A DNA stretch of 64,000 nt from positions 224,001-288,000 of the forward strand of contig CBDBOV010000006.1 of NCBI GenBank assembly GCA_965208575.1. Reading direction: 5' to 3'. The DNA comes from Spirochaetia bacterium (lineage in GTDB: Bacteria; Spirochaetota; Spirochaetia; SZUA-6; Bin103). A program made the position numbers and the translations under genes. Under the pieces are notes generated by a model. That model saw only the letters and a list, made by a program, of their open reading frames with translations. It made no database searches and had not been told where the DNA came from. Every line of letters begins with the position of its first letter. Position 1 is the stretch's first letter. Positions 36,352-46,419 of this stretch are shown here, piece after piece.

Positions 36352-38814
36352 CTACCGCGGCGGCTCCGACGGCGGAGCTGGTCCGTTGCCGTGGCACATG
36401 CGGTGGTGTGCCAGGCACGCAAGAGCCAAGTTCTCCGCCTCCGGGCCGCCCTCGTCGGCAACCGGCAACAGGTGGTGGATCTGTAGCAGGTGGGAAGAAT
36501 TGCAGCGGCGACCGGTGAGCGGATCGCGATAGCAGCAGCGCCCCCCGTCGCGCAGCCAGACATGACGCCGGACAGCCGCCGGAATGGAGCGCCGCGGCGG
36601 CGACCGGCGCGCGCCGAGTGGAACGTCGCGGGTGCACTGCGGCGATGCTCCCCCCGGCGTGCCGCCCGCACCACGCGCCGGCGGCACGCCGCTGGCCAAC
36701 TTCGGCGCCGCAGTCGTGGGCGGCCGGATCCGCGTGGCACCAGTGCCGTCGGCGGGGCCGCCGCTGGCCAACTCCGGTGCCGCAGCCGTGGCCGACCGGA
36801 TCCGCGTAGCACCAGCGCCGTCGGCGGGGTCGCCACTGGCCAACTTCCGCGCCGCAGTCGTAGCCCGCGGGATCCGCGTCGCATCTGCGCCGTCGGCAGA
36901 GCCGCCGCTGGCCAACTCCGGCGCCGCAGCCGTAACCCGCCGGACCGGCGTGGCATCAGCGCCATCGGCGGGGCCGCCGCCGACCAACTTCGGCGCCGCA
37001 ACAGCGCTGTCGGCGGGGCCGCCGCCGGCGCTCCGATCCTCCGGCGCCGCAGCGACGGCGGGCGGGGCCGAAGCAGCGGCACCTGCGCGGGCGCCAACTG
37101 ACCTTGCACCGCCCGTCGGTGCGGCGGGCGCTACGCCGCGCACCCCGGCAGCGGTGCGGATCGTCGCGGCCCGCGGCTGCTCCCCGCCGGCCGCGGCCGC
37201 CGCCACGACCGAGGGTGTGCCGGTCCGCTCCCGCCGCGACGATGCTGCCGTGCCGCCCGTACGCCCCCGCCTGCCACCGCCGCGGCGCGGGTCGTGCCGC
37301 GCCACCGCCTCACGCACCAGGCGCGCCACCAGGTCGCCCCACGACATGCGCGGGTCGACGTGCGACCACAGGTCCTTCAGTTGGCGCAGTCCCTGCTCGC
37401 ACTCCTGGTCGATGCTCACCTTCAAGGTGTAGCGGTCCGGCGCCACCGCGCGCAGCGTGTCGCGCGGCGGCACCACCTGCGGAGCGGCGCTGGCCAACAA
37501 GCCGGCGACCTGGCGCGTGGTCATGCCGGCGGCCTGCTCGATCAGCTCGCGCTGGCGCCGCGGATGCAGCAGCGCTGCGGCCGACACCGGCCCGGCGCAC
37601 CGCGGCTCCGGGCCGGACCGCAGTTCCGGGTCAGAACACGGTTCCGGGTTCGAACAACGTTCCGGGTTCCGGTCACCCCGCGACGGCGCCGGTGCGGGCG
37701 CAGCGGTGAGCCGCGGCTCCGATGGGGCCACGACCGGCAACGGTTCCGGCTCGGCGCCACTCGCCGGCGGCGGAAGTGGCGCGGCCGGGCCCTGGTCCGA
37801 GGAGGCCACGGCGGCACCGGGAGCGCGCAACGGTGCCGGAGAGTGCCAGGCGGCTCCGCTCGACTCCCGCCGCCCCGGCAGCGCATCGGCATGCCGGGCG
37901 CCGCGGTGCCGCGCAGCGGCGTGGCTCGCCACCGGCACCACCGGCGTGGTCGCCGGCTCGCTACCCGTGAGCCCGGGCCGCGGTACACGCCCCGGCGCCG
38001 CGGGCGGCGGCGCGTGCAGCGTGGCGGCCGTCGAAGCCGGTGCAGCGCCCGAGGTGGCGGCACTCGAGTCCCATCGGCCCACCGGCTGCGCACCCGCCGC
38101 TGCCGGGCGGGCACCGACCGCCGCCGAGCCGTCCGACGATCGCCTGCAACGGTCGCGCTCCGCATGCCGCTCCTCGCGGCTTCCGGCGTCACCGAGCGAC
38201 CGCGCCTCCGGCCCGGCCGACGATGGCCTGCAACGGTCGCTCACGGTATGCCGGGCCCCGCGGCCTCCGGCGTCACCGAGCTCCTGGGCGACGGCGGCCA
38301 CGCCGGGCGGCGTCGATGCCGCCACCGCCGCGGCACCGGCCATCCCCGCTCCCGCTCCCGACGCTTCGGCATCCCGGTCGCCCGCTGCGCTCGGCGCGGC
38401 AGGCAGCCCATGCAGAGCTTGGCAGCGCTCCTGGTCGACGGGCGCGCTCGCTCTCCGGCACTGGCGCTCGGCGGCGCCAAACGCGGTCTCCAACTGCGCC
38501 GCCGACGTCACACTCAGCTCGCCGCTGTGCAGCATGGCCCGCACCCAGCCATGCCGCCGGCACAACCTCATGGTCTGAATACGCCGTTGCGCGGCCGCAT
38601 CGGTGAACCGCAACTCCCGCACCGCGTAGTCGAACAGGCTCGAGAACCCGCGCCGCAGCGCCAGCCCGCGACGGTCGATCTCGTCGAGATGGTCCAGGAT
38701 GTGCACTTCGAGGCCGCGCTGGTTGGCCGCCAGGCGCCTGGTCTGCTCCAGGAGCTGCTGATCACCGAGTGAACTGAAGGGTCGTCTGCCGGTCCCGCCG
38801 GTCATGTTCGTCAT
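36352..38814 (-). CDS. DUF222-like HNH endonuclease with expanded low-complexity linkers
   Basis: HLDEIDRR..GFSSLFDYAVREL...RRI N-terminus; IPAAVRRHVWLRDGGRC...QIHH...GG..NL..CLAHH C-terminus. Confidence 0.85.
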   Translation of the reverse strand: MTNMTGGTGRRPFSSLGDQQLLEQTRRLAANQRGLEVHILDHLDEIDRRGLALRRGFSSLFDYAVRELRFTDAAAQRRIQTMRLCRRHGWVRAMLHSGELSVTSAAQLETAFGAAERQCRRASAPVDQERCQALHGLPAAPSAAGDRDAEASGAGAGMAGAAAVAASTPPGVAAVAQELGDAGGRGARHTVSDRCRPSSAGPEARSLGDAGSREERHAERDRCRRSSDGSAAVGARPAAAGAQPVGRWDSSAATSGAAPASTAATLHAPPPAAPGRVPRPGLTGSEPATTPVVPVASHAAARHRGARHADALPGRRESSGAAWHSPAPLRAPGAAVASSDQGPAAPLPPPASGAEPEPLPVVAPSEPRLTAAPAPAPSRGDRNPERCSNPEPCSDPELRSGPEPRCAGPVSAAALLHPRRQRELIEQAAGMTTRQVAGLLASAAPQVVPPRDTLRAVAPDRYTLKVSIDQECEQGLRQLKDLWSHVDPRMSWGDLVARLVREAVARHDPRRGGGRRGRTGGTAASSRRERTGTPSVVAAAAAGGEQPRAATIRTAAGVRGVAPAAPTGGARSVGARAGAAASAPPAVAAAPEDRSAGGGPADSAVAAPKLVGGGPADGADATPVRRVTAAAPELASGGSADGADATRIPRATTAARKLASGDPADGAGATRIRSATAAAPELASGGPADGTGATRIRPPTTAAPKLASGVPPARGAGGTPGGASPQCTRDVPLGARRSPPRRSIPAAVRRHVWLRDGGRCCYRDPLTGRRCNSSHLLQIHHLLPVADEGGPEAENLALACLAHHRMCHGNGPAPPSEPPR
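36688..37050. repeat. 72-bp degenerate tandem repeat (24 aa, about 5 units) inside the HNH gene
   Basis: Units begin at 36691, 36763, 36835, 36907, 36979 (gctggccaact...). Confidence 0.9.
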
Positions 38815-39273
38815 GCCTTAAATATAACACTGGCCGGTAGATAGCACTTTCGTGCAGGTCCTCGACCCGGCACCGGCAGCGCCACTGGGGCGCGAATTGG
38901 CGGCTCCAGGGGCACGCGGTCGGCCACTTGACGGTCGCACACCATTGCCGGGCTTCACGGCCCGCCAGGGGCCTTCAGCGGCAGCGGAAAAGTGCGTCAA
39001 CCCCTGCGCCCGATTTTCTGAAGTTATTTTGGTGCAGGACGACAGGAACCCACCCCATGCCGCACAGATGGTCCGACCCGCCCGCTACGTGGGCCCTCAC
39101 GACCACCGGCGCCCGCGGCAGCCCGCCCGGTCCCAATCTGCTGCCGTGCCGACCGGAGCGGTGGGGTGAGACCGGTGCATGCGAAGCTTCGCCAGCGGAA
39201 GCGAAGTCGCGACGAACCGAAGTACCACGTCGAACACCTGTAACCGGGCGGCACCGGCGCGGCTGCTACTCTT

Positions 39274-40655
39274 TCAGCCGGCGGCGGGATCCCCGCACCA
39301 CGGCTCAATGGTGTTGTGGATGGGCAGGTCGGCGATGCGCAGGCCGCTGCGGGCGGGGTCTTCGTTGCGGGCGAAGTAGGCCTCCAGGCGGGCGGTGAGT
39401 TCGGCCACGGCGGCGGCGCAGGCGGGGTCGCCGTGGCGGTTGTGTTCCTCGTCGGGGTCTTCGGCGAGGTCGTAGAGCTCGTCGGGGAAGTGGCCGTTGG
39501 GGCCGGGGTAGCGCTTGATGAGCTTGTAGCGATCGGTGCGGATCATGCGCGCGTTGCCGTATTCGCAGACCTGGGCGTCGCGCCACTCGCGAGCGGGCCG
39601 CGGCAGCTTCGCCGGGCGACTCACTCAGCAGCGGCAGGCAGGAGCGGCCGGTGCGGCCGAGCGTTTGCGCCAGCTCGGCGCGGTCGCAGCCGGCGGCGTC
39701 GGCGAGCGTCATGAACAGGTCGCAGTGATCGACCGGCTGCGGATGGACCGAAGCGGCGCGGATGCGGCCGGGCCAGGACAGCAGGCAGGGGATGCGGATC
39801 GACTCCTCCAGGAAGTTCTGCGGCGTGGTCACGTTGCCCTTGGTGTGCAGGCCGTGGTGGCCGTTCATGTGGCCGTGATCCGAGGTATACACCACCAGCG
39901 TGTCCCGCTCGGCCTGTTGGTCAGCCAGCTCGTGGAGCACCCGGCCCGCCATCTCGTCGATCACGCTCACCGCGGCGTAGTACTGGGCGTTGGCATCGCG
40001 CCGCTCGGCGCGGTCGGTCGGGTAGTGGAAGCGGAGGCTCCCGTGGGCGCGGCTCGGCGGCATGTGAGGGAGGTCGGCGAAGGTGCACTCCCTGTAGCGC
40101 TGCACCCAGCGCTCCGGCTCGCCTTCATGAGGCGTGTGGGTGTTGGTGAAGCCGACGAACAGGTAGAACGGGTGTCCGCGGTCGCGCTCGCGCAGGAAGC
40201 GCACGGCGCGGTCGGCGAGGTGGTGCGCCTGGTTGCCGAACCGCTCCACCAGGTGGCTGCCCTGGTCCGAAAGAGCCGGACGGCGGGCGATGCTTGGGCA
40301 TAGGCCTTCATCGTCTTCCACCTCACGGAGTGACCGTCCAGACTCGTAGAACGGCTGCGCGCCGAAGCGGGCGTTGGTGCCGGTCGCGTTGGAGAACCAC
40401 GTCTCCCACCCCGGCGGCGCCTGCTGGAAGTGGTTCAGGTGCCACTTGCCGACCAGCCCGGTCTGGTAGCCCTGCCCCTGCAACACGTCGGCCAGCGACG
40501 TCTGTCCGGCGATGCCGGGGTGGCCGGCGCCTACGTTCTGCTCGCCGATGTGATCGTGGATGCCGTGCGCCGACGGAATCCTGCCGGTATGGAATGACGC
40601 GCGCGCCGGCGAGCACACCGGGCACGGAGTGAACGCGTTCGCCATGCGCGCGCCG
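39274..40655 (-). pseudogene. 5'-truncated, frameshifted duplicate of the sulfatase at 42486-44015
   Basis: Near-identical protein from MANAFTPCPVCSPAR onward; lacks N-terminal PNILVFLSDD; frameshift near 39590-39620. Confidence 0.9.
40262..40344. repeat. Dispersed ~82-bp element, copy B (in frame within the sulfatase pseudogene)
   Basis: Matches 5602-5684; read as SGRSLREVEDDEGLCPSIARRPALSD. Confidence 0.8.
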
Positions 40656-40658
40656 GGA

Positions 40659-41525
40659 CTATTCGATCAAGTCCATTACCCGTGGTTTGAGCGACCGGAG
40701 AACGGTCTCGAAGGAGGGCAGCCCTGAGACCAGCGGTCCAAGCCACTGCTCCCAGGTTCGGTCGACATCGGCGAGGATGGATTCATGAAAGAAGTCGTCC
40801 GGACCGTCAAAACTGACCTGCCGCACGCTGCACTTCTCCCGTAGCAGGACATCGAATTCGGTAAGGTCCATCTGCTGCCCGTACTCGCCAAGAATGCGCC
40901 AAAGGTCGTAGTAGTCGCGCGCCCGTGACCGGGCCCAACCACGCACCTTGACCAACGCCGCCTGCTGGAGGATCGCCCGCAGCTTTTCGGCAACGACCTC
41001 CTCAAGGGCATACACGGGGATGTGCATGTCAAACGGTTCCCCATACTCGTGAATGACCCTCCGACTCTCGACCGGTCGGAAGATTGGTTCGTCCACCGTC
41101 ACCTCGATCATGACGCGAGTGTGCGGCCGATTCTGCCAAGGCAGCTGCGCTCGTATCGAAAAAGCCTCCTGACCGCGGGGATGCGGGTTCCGCTCGACAT
41201 AGCGCTCGCAGTTGATAGCGACCGGCGCATATTCGGCCAGCATCCGTTCTCCGGCGGCACACGCCGCGTGGACAAGGACCTCCATGGCGTCGCCGGCAGG
41301 AGTGCCGTTCCGCCCAGAGAAATCCAGGTCTTCGGAGAAGCGGTAATCGCCGAAGTAACACTTCCGGAGCGCGGTACCACCCTTGAACACCAGCTTTCCG
41401 CCGAGAGCCGGCACCCGGTCAATCCCGGCCAGAATCCAGGACAGGAGGTAGTCGCGCTCCAGCACCTCCCACGGGACGCCGAGCCGCCGGCGAGCTTCTT
41501 GGAGGCGAATGCGAAGTGGCCTCAC
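40659..41525 (-). CDS. AbiEii/AbiGii nucleotidyltransferase toxin
   Basis: FKGGTALRK..YRFSEDLDF; AEKL; RARDYYDL. Confidence 0.92.
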   Translation of the reverse strand: MRPLRIRLQEARRRLGVPWEVLERDYLLSWILAGIDRVPALGGKLVFKGGTALRKCYFGDYRFSEDLDFSGRNGTPAGDAMEVLVHAACAAGERMLAEYAPVAINCERYVERNPHPRGQEAFSIRAQLPWQNRPHTRVMIEVTVDEPIFRPVESRRVIHEYGEPFDMHIPVYALEEVVAEKLRAILQQAALVKVRGWARSRARDYYDLWRILGEYGQQMDLTEFDVLLREKCSVRQVSFDGPDDFFHESILADVDRTWEQWLGPLVSGLPSFETVLRSLKPRVMDLIE

Positions 41526-42362
41526 TCACCCACCGGATCCAGGTAGATTCTCTTGAACCATCCAGCGGGCGTTACACCTCCCCGCTCTGGGTCCGGTTGG
41601 ATCGAGCGTTCGGTAGCCCTGGGTGGGAAGCTCCTCAAGGAGGCCGACTTCCGGCGACGTACAACCACAGTATGCGAGCACCCATCCCAGCCGCTTGGCC
41701 GTCGAAGTCCCCAGTCGAATCGCGTACTCGGTGATCCGCTTGACGTCCACTCGGTCCACCGCCGCCTCAAAAGCATGAAGAACTTCGGCGAAATCACCGC
41801 AAAGCCGCGGCCTGGAAAGCCCGTCCAACAGGGTGCGCTCCAGATCGGTGATGACCACCCTCGCGTCGTGAGCCCACATGTACTCGGTACCGAAGAGGCG
41901 GTCCGGTTTCACCCGGACGAATCGGTACATCGTGTCTCCTGCCAAGTATTCGCCTCGCCGGAGGGTCATCCCTCCCGCCCGCATGCGAGGCACAGATCTC
42001 TCCGTAGTCGTGAGCACGAACACGGTCCGCGGTACTTGTTCGGTCACTCCATGATAGTGCATGGCCGACCAGTGCGAGATCGCAGCCGGGGTTGTAAGGG
42101 CCATCGCGACTTCAAACTCGTGGACGGATATGCCACCGGGAACCGTGGATGCCAAGGCGTAGAGTCCGCGCCGCAGAGAGACGATCCAGCCATTCCTCCG
42201 GAGGTGGTGCAGGGCCTCGCACACGTAGGCGTCATTGAGGCCGACGAGGGGCGCGAGTTCCCGGGCCCGATCCGTCGTGAAGACACGATCTCCCTCACGG
42301 ACAAGGAGCCGCACCAACTCGACTCCTACCAGTGACCGCTTTCGCTTCGCGTGCGCAGACAT
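41526..42362 (-). CDS. AbiEi family antitoxin/transcriptional regulator
   Basis: wHTH with LRRGLY; ISHWSAMHYHG.TEQVP; TDLERTLLD; abuts AbiEii. Confidence 0.88.
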   Translation of the reverse strand: MSAHAKRKRSLVGVELVRLLVREGDRVFTTDRARELAPLVGLNDAYVCEALHHLRRNGWIVSLRRGLYALASTVPGGISVHEFEVAMALTTPAAISHWSAMHYHGVTEQVPRTVFVLTTTERSVPRMRAGGMTLRRGEYLAGDTMYRFVRVKPDRLFGTEYMWAHDARVVITDLERTLLDGLSRPRLCGDFAEVLHAFEAAVDRVDVKRITEYAIRLGTSTAKRLGWVLAYCGCTSPEVGLLEELPTQGYRTLDPTGPRAGRCNARWMVQENLPGSGG

Positions 42363-42485
42363 TCGCTGGTCTCCAATTCTCGTACGGCGTACATCGCTTT
42401 GCAAGAATACGGCATAAATCGGAGCATGTCCAAACTTTTCCCATCATTCGATGACAGAAGCCGACGATACGCGACATGCCGCGAC

Positions 42486-44015
42486 TCACCCGCTGCAGTT
42501 CTCCCGCCACGGCTCGATGGTGTTGTGGATGGGCAGGTCGGCGACGCGCAGGCCGCTGCGGGCGGGGTCTTCGTGACGGGAGAAATGGGCTTCCAGGCGG
42601 GCGGTGAGTTCGGCCACGGCGGCGGCGCAGGCGGGGTCGCCGTGGCGGTTGTGTTCCTCGTCCGGATCCTCGGCGAGGTCGTAGAGCTCGTCGGGAAAGT
42701 GGCCGTTGGGGCCGAGGTAGCGCTTGATCAGCTTGTGGCGGGCGGTGCGGATCATGCGCGCGTTGCCGTACTCGCATACCTGGGCGTCGCGCCACGCGCG
42801 GGCGGCGGCGTCGGCGACCGCGGCGGATTCGCTCAGCAGCGGCAGGCAGGAGCGGCCTGCGCGGCCGAGCGTTTGCGCCAGCTCGGCGCAGTCGCAGCCG
42901 GCGGCGTCGGCGAGCGTCATGAACAGGTCGCAGTGGTCGACCGGCTGCGAATGGACCGACGCGGCGCGGATGCGGCCGGGCCAGGACAGCAGGCAGGGGA
43001 TGCGGATCGACTCCTCCAGGAAGTTCTGCGGCGTGGTGGCGTTGCCCTTGGTGTGCAGGCCGTGATGGCCGTTCATGTGGCCGTGATCGGAGGTGTATAC
43101 CACCAGCGTGTCCCGCTCGGCCTGCTGGTTTGCCAGCTCATCGAGCACCCGCCCCGCCATCTCGTCGATCACGCTGACCGCGGCGTAGTACTGCGCGTTC
43201 GCCTCGCGCCGCTCGCCGGCATCGGTCGGGTAGTGAAAACGGAGGCGCCCGTGGGCGCGGCTCGGCGCCATCGCGGGCAGGTCGGCGAAGCTGCACTCGC
43301 GGTAGCGAGCCACCCAGCGCTCCGGTTCGCCGGTGTGCGGCGTGTGGGTGTTGGTGAAGCCGGCGAACAGGTAGAAGGGCCGGTCGCGGTCGCGGTCGCG
43401 CAGAAAACGCACCGCGCGGTCGGCGAGGTGGTGCGCCTGGTTGCCGAACAGCTCCACCCGCCGGCTGCCCTGGTCCGAAAGGGACGGCCGGCGGGCGATG
43501 CTTGCGCGTCGGTGTTCGTCGTCTTCCATGTCGCGGAGTGACCGTCCAGACTCGTAGAACGGCTGCGCGCCGAAGCGCGCGTTGGTGCCGGTCGCGTTGG
43601 AGAACCACGTCTCCCACCCCGGCGGCGCCTGCTGGAAGTGGTTCAGGTGCCACTTGCCGACCAGCCCGGTCTGGTAGCCCTGCCCCTGCAGCACCTCGGC
43701 CAGCGACACCTGCCCCGCGATGCCGGGATGCCCGACGCCCAGGTTCTGCTCGCCGATATGATCGTGAATCCCGTGCGCCGACGGAATCCGGCCGGTGTGG
43801 AACGACGCGCGCGCCGGCGAGCACACCGGGCACGGGGTAAACGCGTTCGCCATGCGCGCCCCGCTGCGGGCCAAGTGGTCCAGGGTCGGCGTCACCAGTT
43901 CGCCGTTGCCGTAGGGCGACGACGCCCATTGCCCATGATCGTCGCTCAGAAACACCAGGATGTTGGGACGTTTCACCTTGGTCGCCACTATCTTCCATCC
44001 GCGGGTCATGCGCAA
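42486..44015 (-). CDS. Formylglycine-dependent sulfatase
   Basis: PNILVFLSDD, CSPAR, GKWHL, YTSDHG, ELYDL; start uncertain. Confidence 0.92.
   Translation of the reverse strand: MRMTRGWKIVATKVKRPNILVFLSDDHGQWASSPYGNGELVTPTLDHLARSGARMANAFTPCPVCSPARASFHTGRIPSAHGIHDHIGEQNLGVGHPGIAGQVSLAEVLQGQGYQTGLVGKWHLNHFQQAPPGWETWFSNATGTNARFGAQPFYESGRSLRDMEDDEHRRASIARRPSLSDQGSRRVELFGNQAHHLADRAVRFLRDRDRDRPFYLFAGFTNTHTPHTGEPERWVARYRECSFADLPAMAPSRAHGRLRFHYPTDAGERREANAQYYAAVSVIDEMAGRVLDELANQQAERDTLVVYTSDHGHMNGHHGLHTKGNATTPQNFLEESIRIPCLLSWPGRIRAASVHSQPVDHCDLFMTLADAAGCDCAELAQTLGRAGRSCLPLLSESAAVADAAARAWRDAQVCEYGNARMIRTARHKLIKRYLGPNGHFPDELYDLAEDPDEEHNRHGDPACAAAVAELTARLEAHFSRHEDPARSGLRVADLPIHNTIEPWRENCSG
43470..43552. 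repeat. Dispersed ~82-bp element, copy C (in frame within the intact sulfatase)
   Basis: Read as SGRSLRDMEDDEHRRASIARRPSLSD; homologous to copies A and B. Confidence 0.75.
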
Positions 44016-44068
44016 CGGGCGGCCTTGGGGTGCGACGACGGCGACGACGGGGTAGTGGTGTAGTGGCT

Positions 44069-44167
44069 GACCATCGAGCGCCGGGCTGGTAACATCCAGG
44101 CCTGACGGGAGCCGGACGGCTCCTTGGCGACCGGAACCCGCAACGACGCGGTGGGGTCTTGATGGTT
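44069..44167 (+). ncRNA. Candidate structured leader RNA (four-way junction)
   Basis: ccatcgag/cttgatgg closing stem, GUAA-capped hairpin, ggagcc-ggac-ggctcc hairpin, gacc..ccgc/gcgg..ggtc hairpin; family not recognised. Confidence 0.35.
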
Positions 44168-44291
44168 CCCTCGCAGCAGTTCGCCCGTGCTCGCCTGGAG
44201 AGATACAGCCCGATGCCTGACCCCTACCCCTACCCGTACCCGCGAGAGATTCCCGTCCGTCGTTTCGTCGCGTTCCCGTCGTGGAGTGACC

Positions 44292-46142
44292 ATGGCGCGC
44301 CGGTATGACTACAACCGCTCATATGTCGCCACGGCGGCGGAAGGGCTCGCGCAGCTCTCGATGGATCAGCTCAGGGCACTGGTCCGGCTACTGCCGAAGG
44401 CACGCAGGACGGGCCGCAAGGCCGAGGTGATAGCCGAAATCGAGCGCCACCTCGCCGGTGACCTGCTGCGCGCGCTGTGGGCGCGGCTCGGCGAAACCGA
44501 GCAACTCGCCGTGCGGGAAGCCCTGCATGGCTCGCCGGGCGAATTCAGCCCGCGCCAGTTCCGCGCCAAGTACGGCCATCTGCCCGCCGGCGCCGGCATC
44601 CGCCGGTACGACAAAACCAAGGTGACCCGGCTGAGCCTGTTCCTCTACGCTCCCAACCTGCGCAGCACGAAATCTGTCATCCCGACCGATCTGGTGAGTC
44701 GCCTGCGGGAGTTCGTGGCGGAAGCCGAGCCGCCGACGCTGAGCGTCTGCGACGATCTTCCCACCACCGTTACGCTGTGCCGCCGGCGGCGTTACCAGGA
44801 GGCCATCGAGCAGGCGCCGCTGGTCCTGCGCGACACCGAGCACCCCGCGCGCCACGAACTGCCGGCCGTACTGCGCCTGATCGATGCCGGCAAGGTGGCC
44901 GTAAGCGCCAAGACGCTGCGTCCATCCGCGGCCGCGGTACGGCGTATCGGAGAGGTGCTTGCCGGCGGCGACTTCTTCCCCGCGGCGGACGGCGAGAGCG
45001 CTTCCCGGTCACCCCTGGCCGGCCCGATCCGGGCGCACGCGTGGCCGTGGCTGATGCAGGCCGCCAAGCTCGCCGAGCCGCACGGTACGAAGCTCGCGCT
45101 GACCCGAGCCGGGCTCGCCGCGTTGGGCGCACCACCGGAGCAAACACTGCGCCGGCTGTGGCAACGCTGGCTCACCTCCACGCTGCTCGACGAGTTCAAC
45201 CGCGTCGACGTCATCAAGGGTCAGGGCGGTCGCGGCCGCCGGTCCATGACGTCGCCGGCGGGGCGCCGCCCCGCGATCGACGCAGCGCTCCGCGCGTGCC
45301 CGGTGGGGCGCTGGGTGAGCTGTGAAGAGTTGGGTCGCTTCATCCGGGCCGCCGGCGACGACTTCAGCGTGACCCGCGACCCCTGGAACCTCTACCTGTT
45401 CGATGCGGAGTACGGCAGCCTCGGGTACGACGGCTATCATGAGTGGGAGTTCCTGGAAGGCCGCTACCTGCTGTGCGTGCTGTTCGAGTATGCCGCCACC
45501 CTGGGCCTGATCGACGTGGCCTACACCGACCCACATGGTGCGCGTCCCGACTTCACGCAATTGCCGGGCACCTACGACCTGGAGTTTCTCAGTCGTTACG
45601 ACGGCCTGCGCTACGTTCGACTGACCCCGCTGGGGGCATACTGCCTCGGCCTGACCGAGAGCTACACGCCGAGCACGCCGGCGGCCGGCGCCTCGCTCAC
45701 GGTGTTTCCCGACCTGCGGGTGCAGGTTGCCGGCGCGCCGCTGACCGCGGCGGAGGCGCTGCTGCTGGAGACCTACGCGACGGACGAGTCGGATGGCCTG
45801 TGGCGCCTGGACCACAAGCTGACCGTCCGGGCCATCGAAGCCGGTCACGAGGTAGCGGAACTGCGCGCGTTCCTCACCTCCCGCGACGACCAGGACCTGC
45901 CGGAAACCGTGCAGGGATTCCTGCTCACCACCGAGCGCCGGGCGCGTGCCTTGAAGCACCAGGGCAACGCGCTCCTGATCGAGTGCGCCGACGCCGACAC
46001 CGCCGCGCTGATCGCCGCGGACCGGCGCACCGCCAAGCTCTGCCTGCGCGCCGGCGAGCGCAATCTGGTGGTGCCGGCCGACTCAGAGAACGCATTCCGC
46101 AACGCGATCCACGCCCTCGGCTACGGCATGCCGCGTTCCTGA
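44292..46142 (+). CDS. Protein with C-terminal XPB/Ssl2-like helicase-associated domain
   Basis: RLTPLGAYCLG, LTVFPDL, AIEAG...LRAFL...LPETV pattern; ggag RBS; no Walker motifs. Confidence 0.7.
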   Translation: MARRYDYNRSYVATAAEGLAQLSMDQLRALVRLLPKARRTGRKAEVIAEIERHLAGDLLRALWARLGETEQLAVREALHGSPGEFSPRQFRAKYGHLPAGAGIRRYDKTKVTRLSLFLYAPNLRSTKSVIPTDLVSRLREFVAEAEPPTLSVCDDLPTTVTLCRRRRYQEAIEQAPLVLRDTEHPARHELPAVLRLIDAGKVAVSAKTLRPSAAAVRRIGEVLAGGDFFPAADGESASRSPLAGPIRAHAWPWLMQAAKLAEPHGTKLALTRAGLAALGAPPEQTLRRLWQRWLTSTLLDEFNRVDVIKGQGGRGRRSMTSPAGRRPAIDAALRACPVGRWVSCEELGRFIRAAGDDFSVTRDPWNLYLFDAEYGSLGYDGYHEWEFLEGRYLLCVLFEYAATLGLIDVAYTDPHGARPDFTQLPGTYDLEFLSRYDGLRYVRLTPLGAYCLGLTESYTPSTPAAGASLTVFPDLRVQVAGAPLTAAEALLLETYATDESDGLWRLDHKLTVRAIEAGHEVAELRAFLTSRDDQDLPETVQGFLLTTERRARALKHQGNALLIECADADTAALIAADRRTAKLCLRAGERNLVVPADSENAFRNAIHALGYGMPRS

Positions 46143-46419
46143 CCCGCCCCGGCGGCGCCCCGCCACGCGAACCACCCGTCGGGCGGCGGCATGAGCCGCG
46201 CCTCCGACGCAACGCCGCCGGCAGCCTGCCGTTGCCCGCGCATCCCCATCAAGCGCCACCCGCGCCGCGCGTGTACACCCATCTTCACGTGGCGCCATTC
46301 CCGCCCCCGCTCCGTGCCCGCGCCGTGCGTTGGGGCTTCCGACCGTGGCGGCACCGCGGCCGCGGACCGCCGCCGGTGCCGCAAGAGCCTCATGGCCCGT
46401 GCAACCGCTCCCGAAACCG

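Noticed and set aside
36688-37050. 72-bp periodic repeat as a possible CRISPR array
   Set aside because: Whole units are similar, there are no unique spacers, it is in frame within a CDS, and no cas genes are present
35352-37109. 585-aa SIMPL ORF overlapping the HNH gene
   Set aside because: The N-terminal extension is an off-frame reading of the HNH repeats; the lipoprotein signal begins near 36161
44069-44167. SAM-I/IV or c-di-GMP riboswitch call
   Set aside because: Key conserved segments are missing and the downstream gene does not fit; kept only as an unclassified candidate
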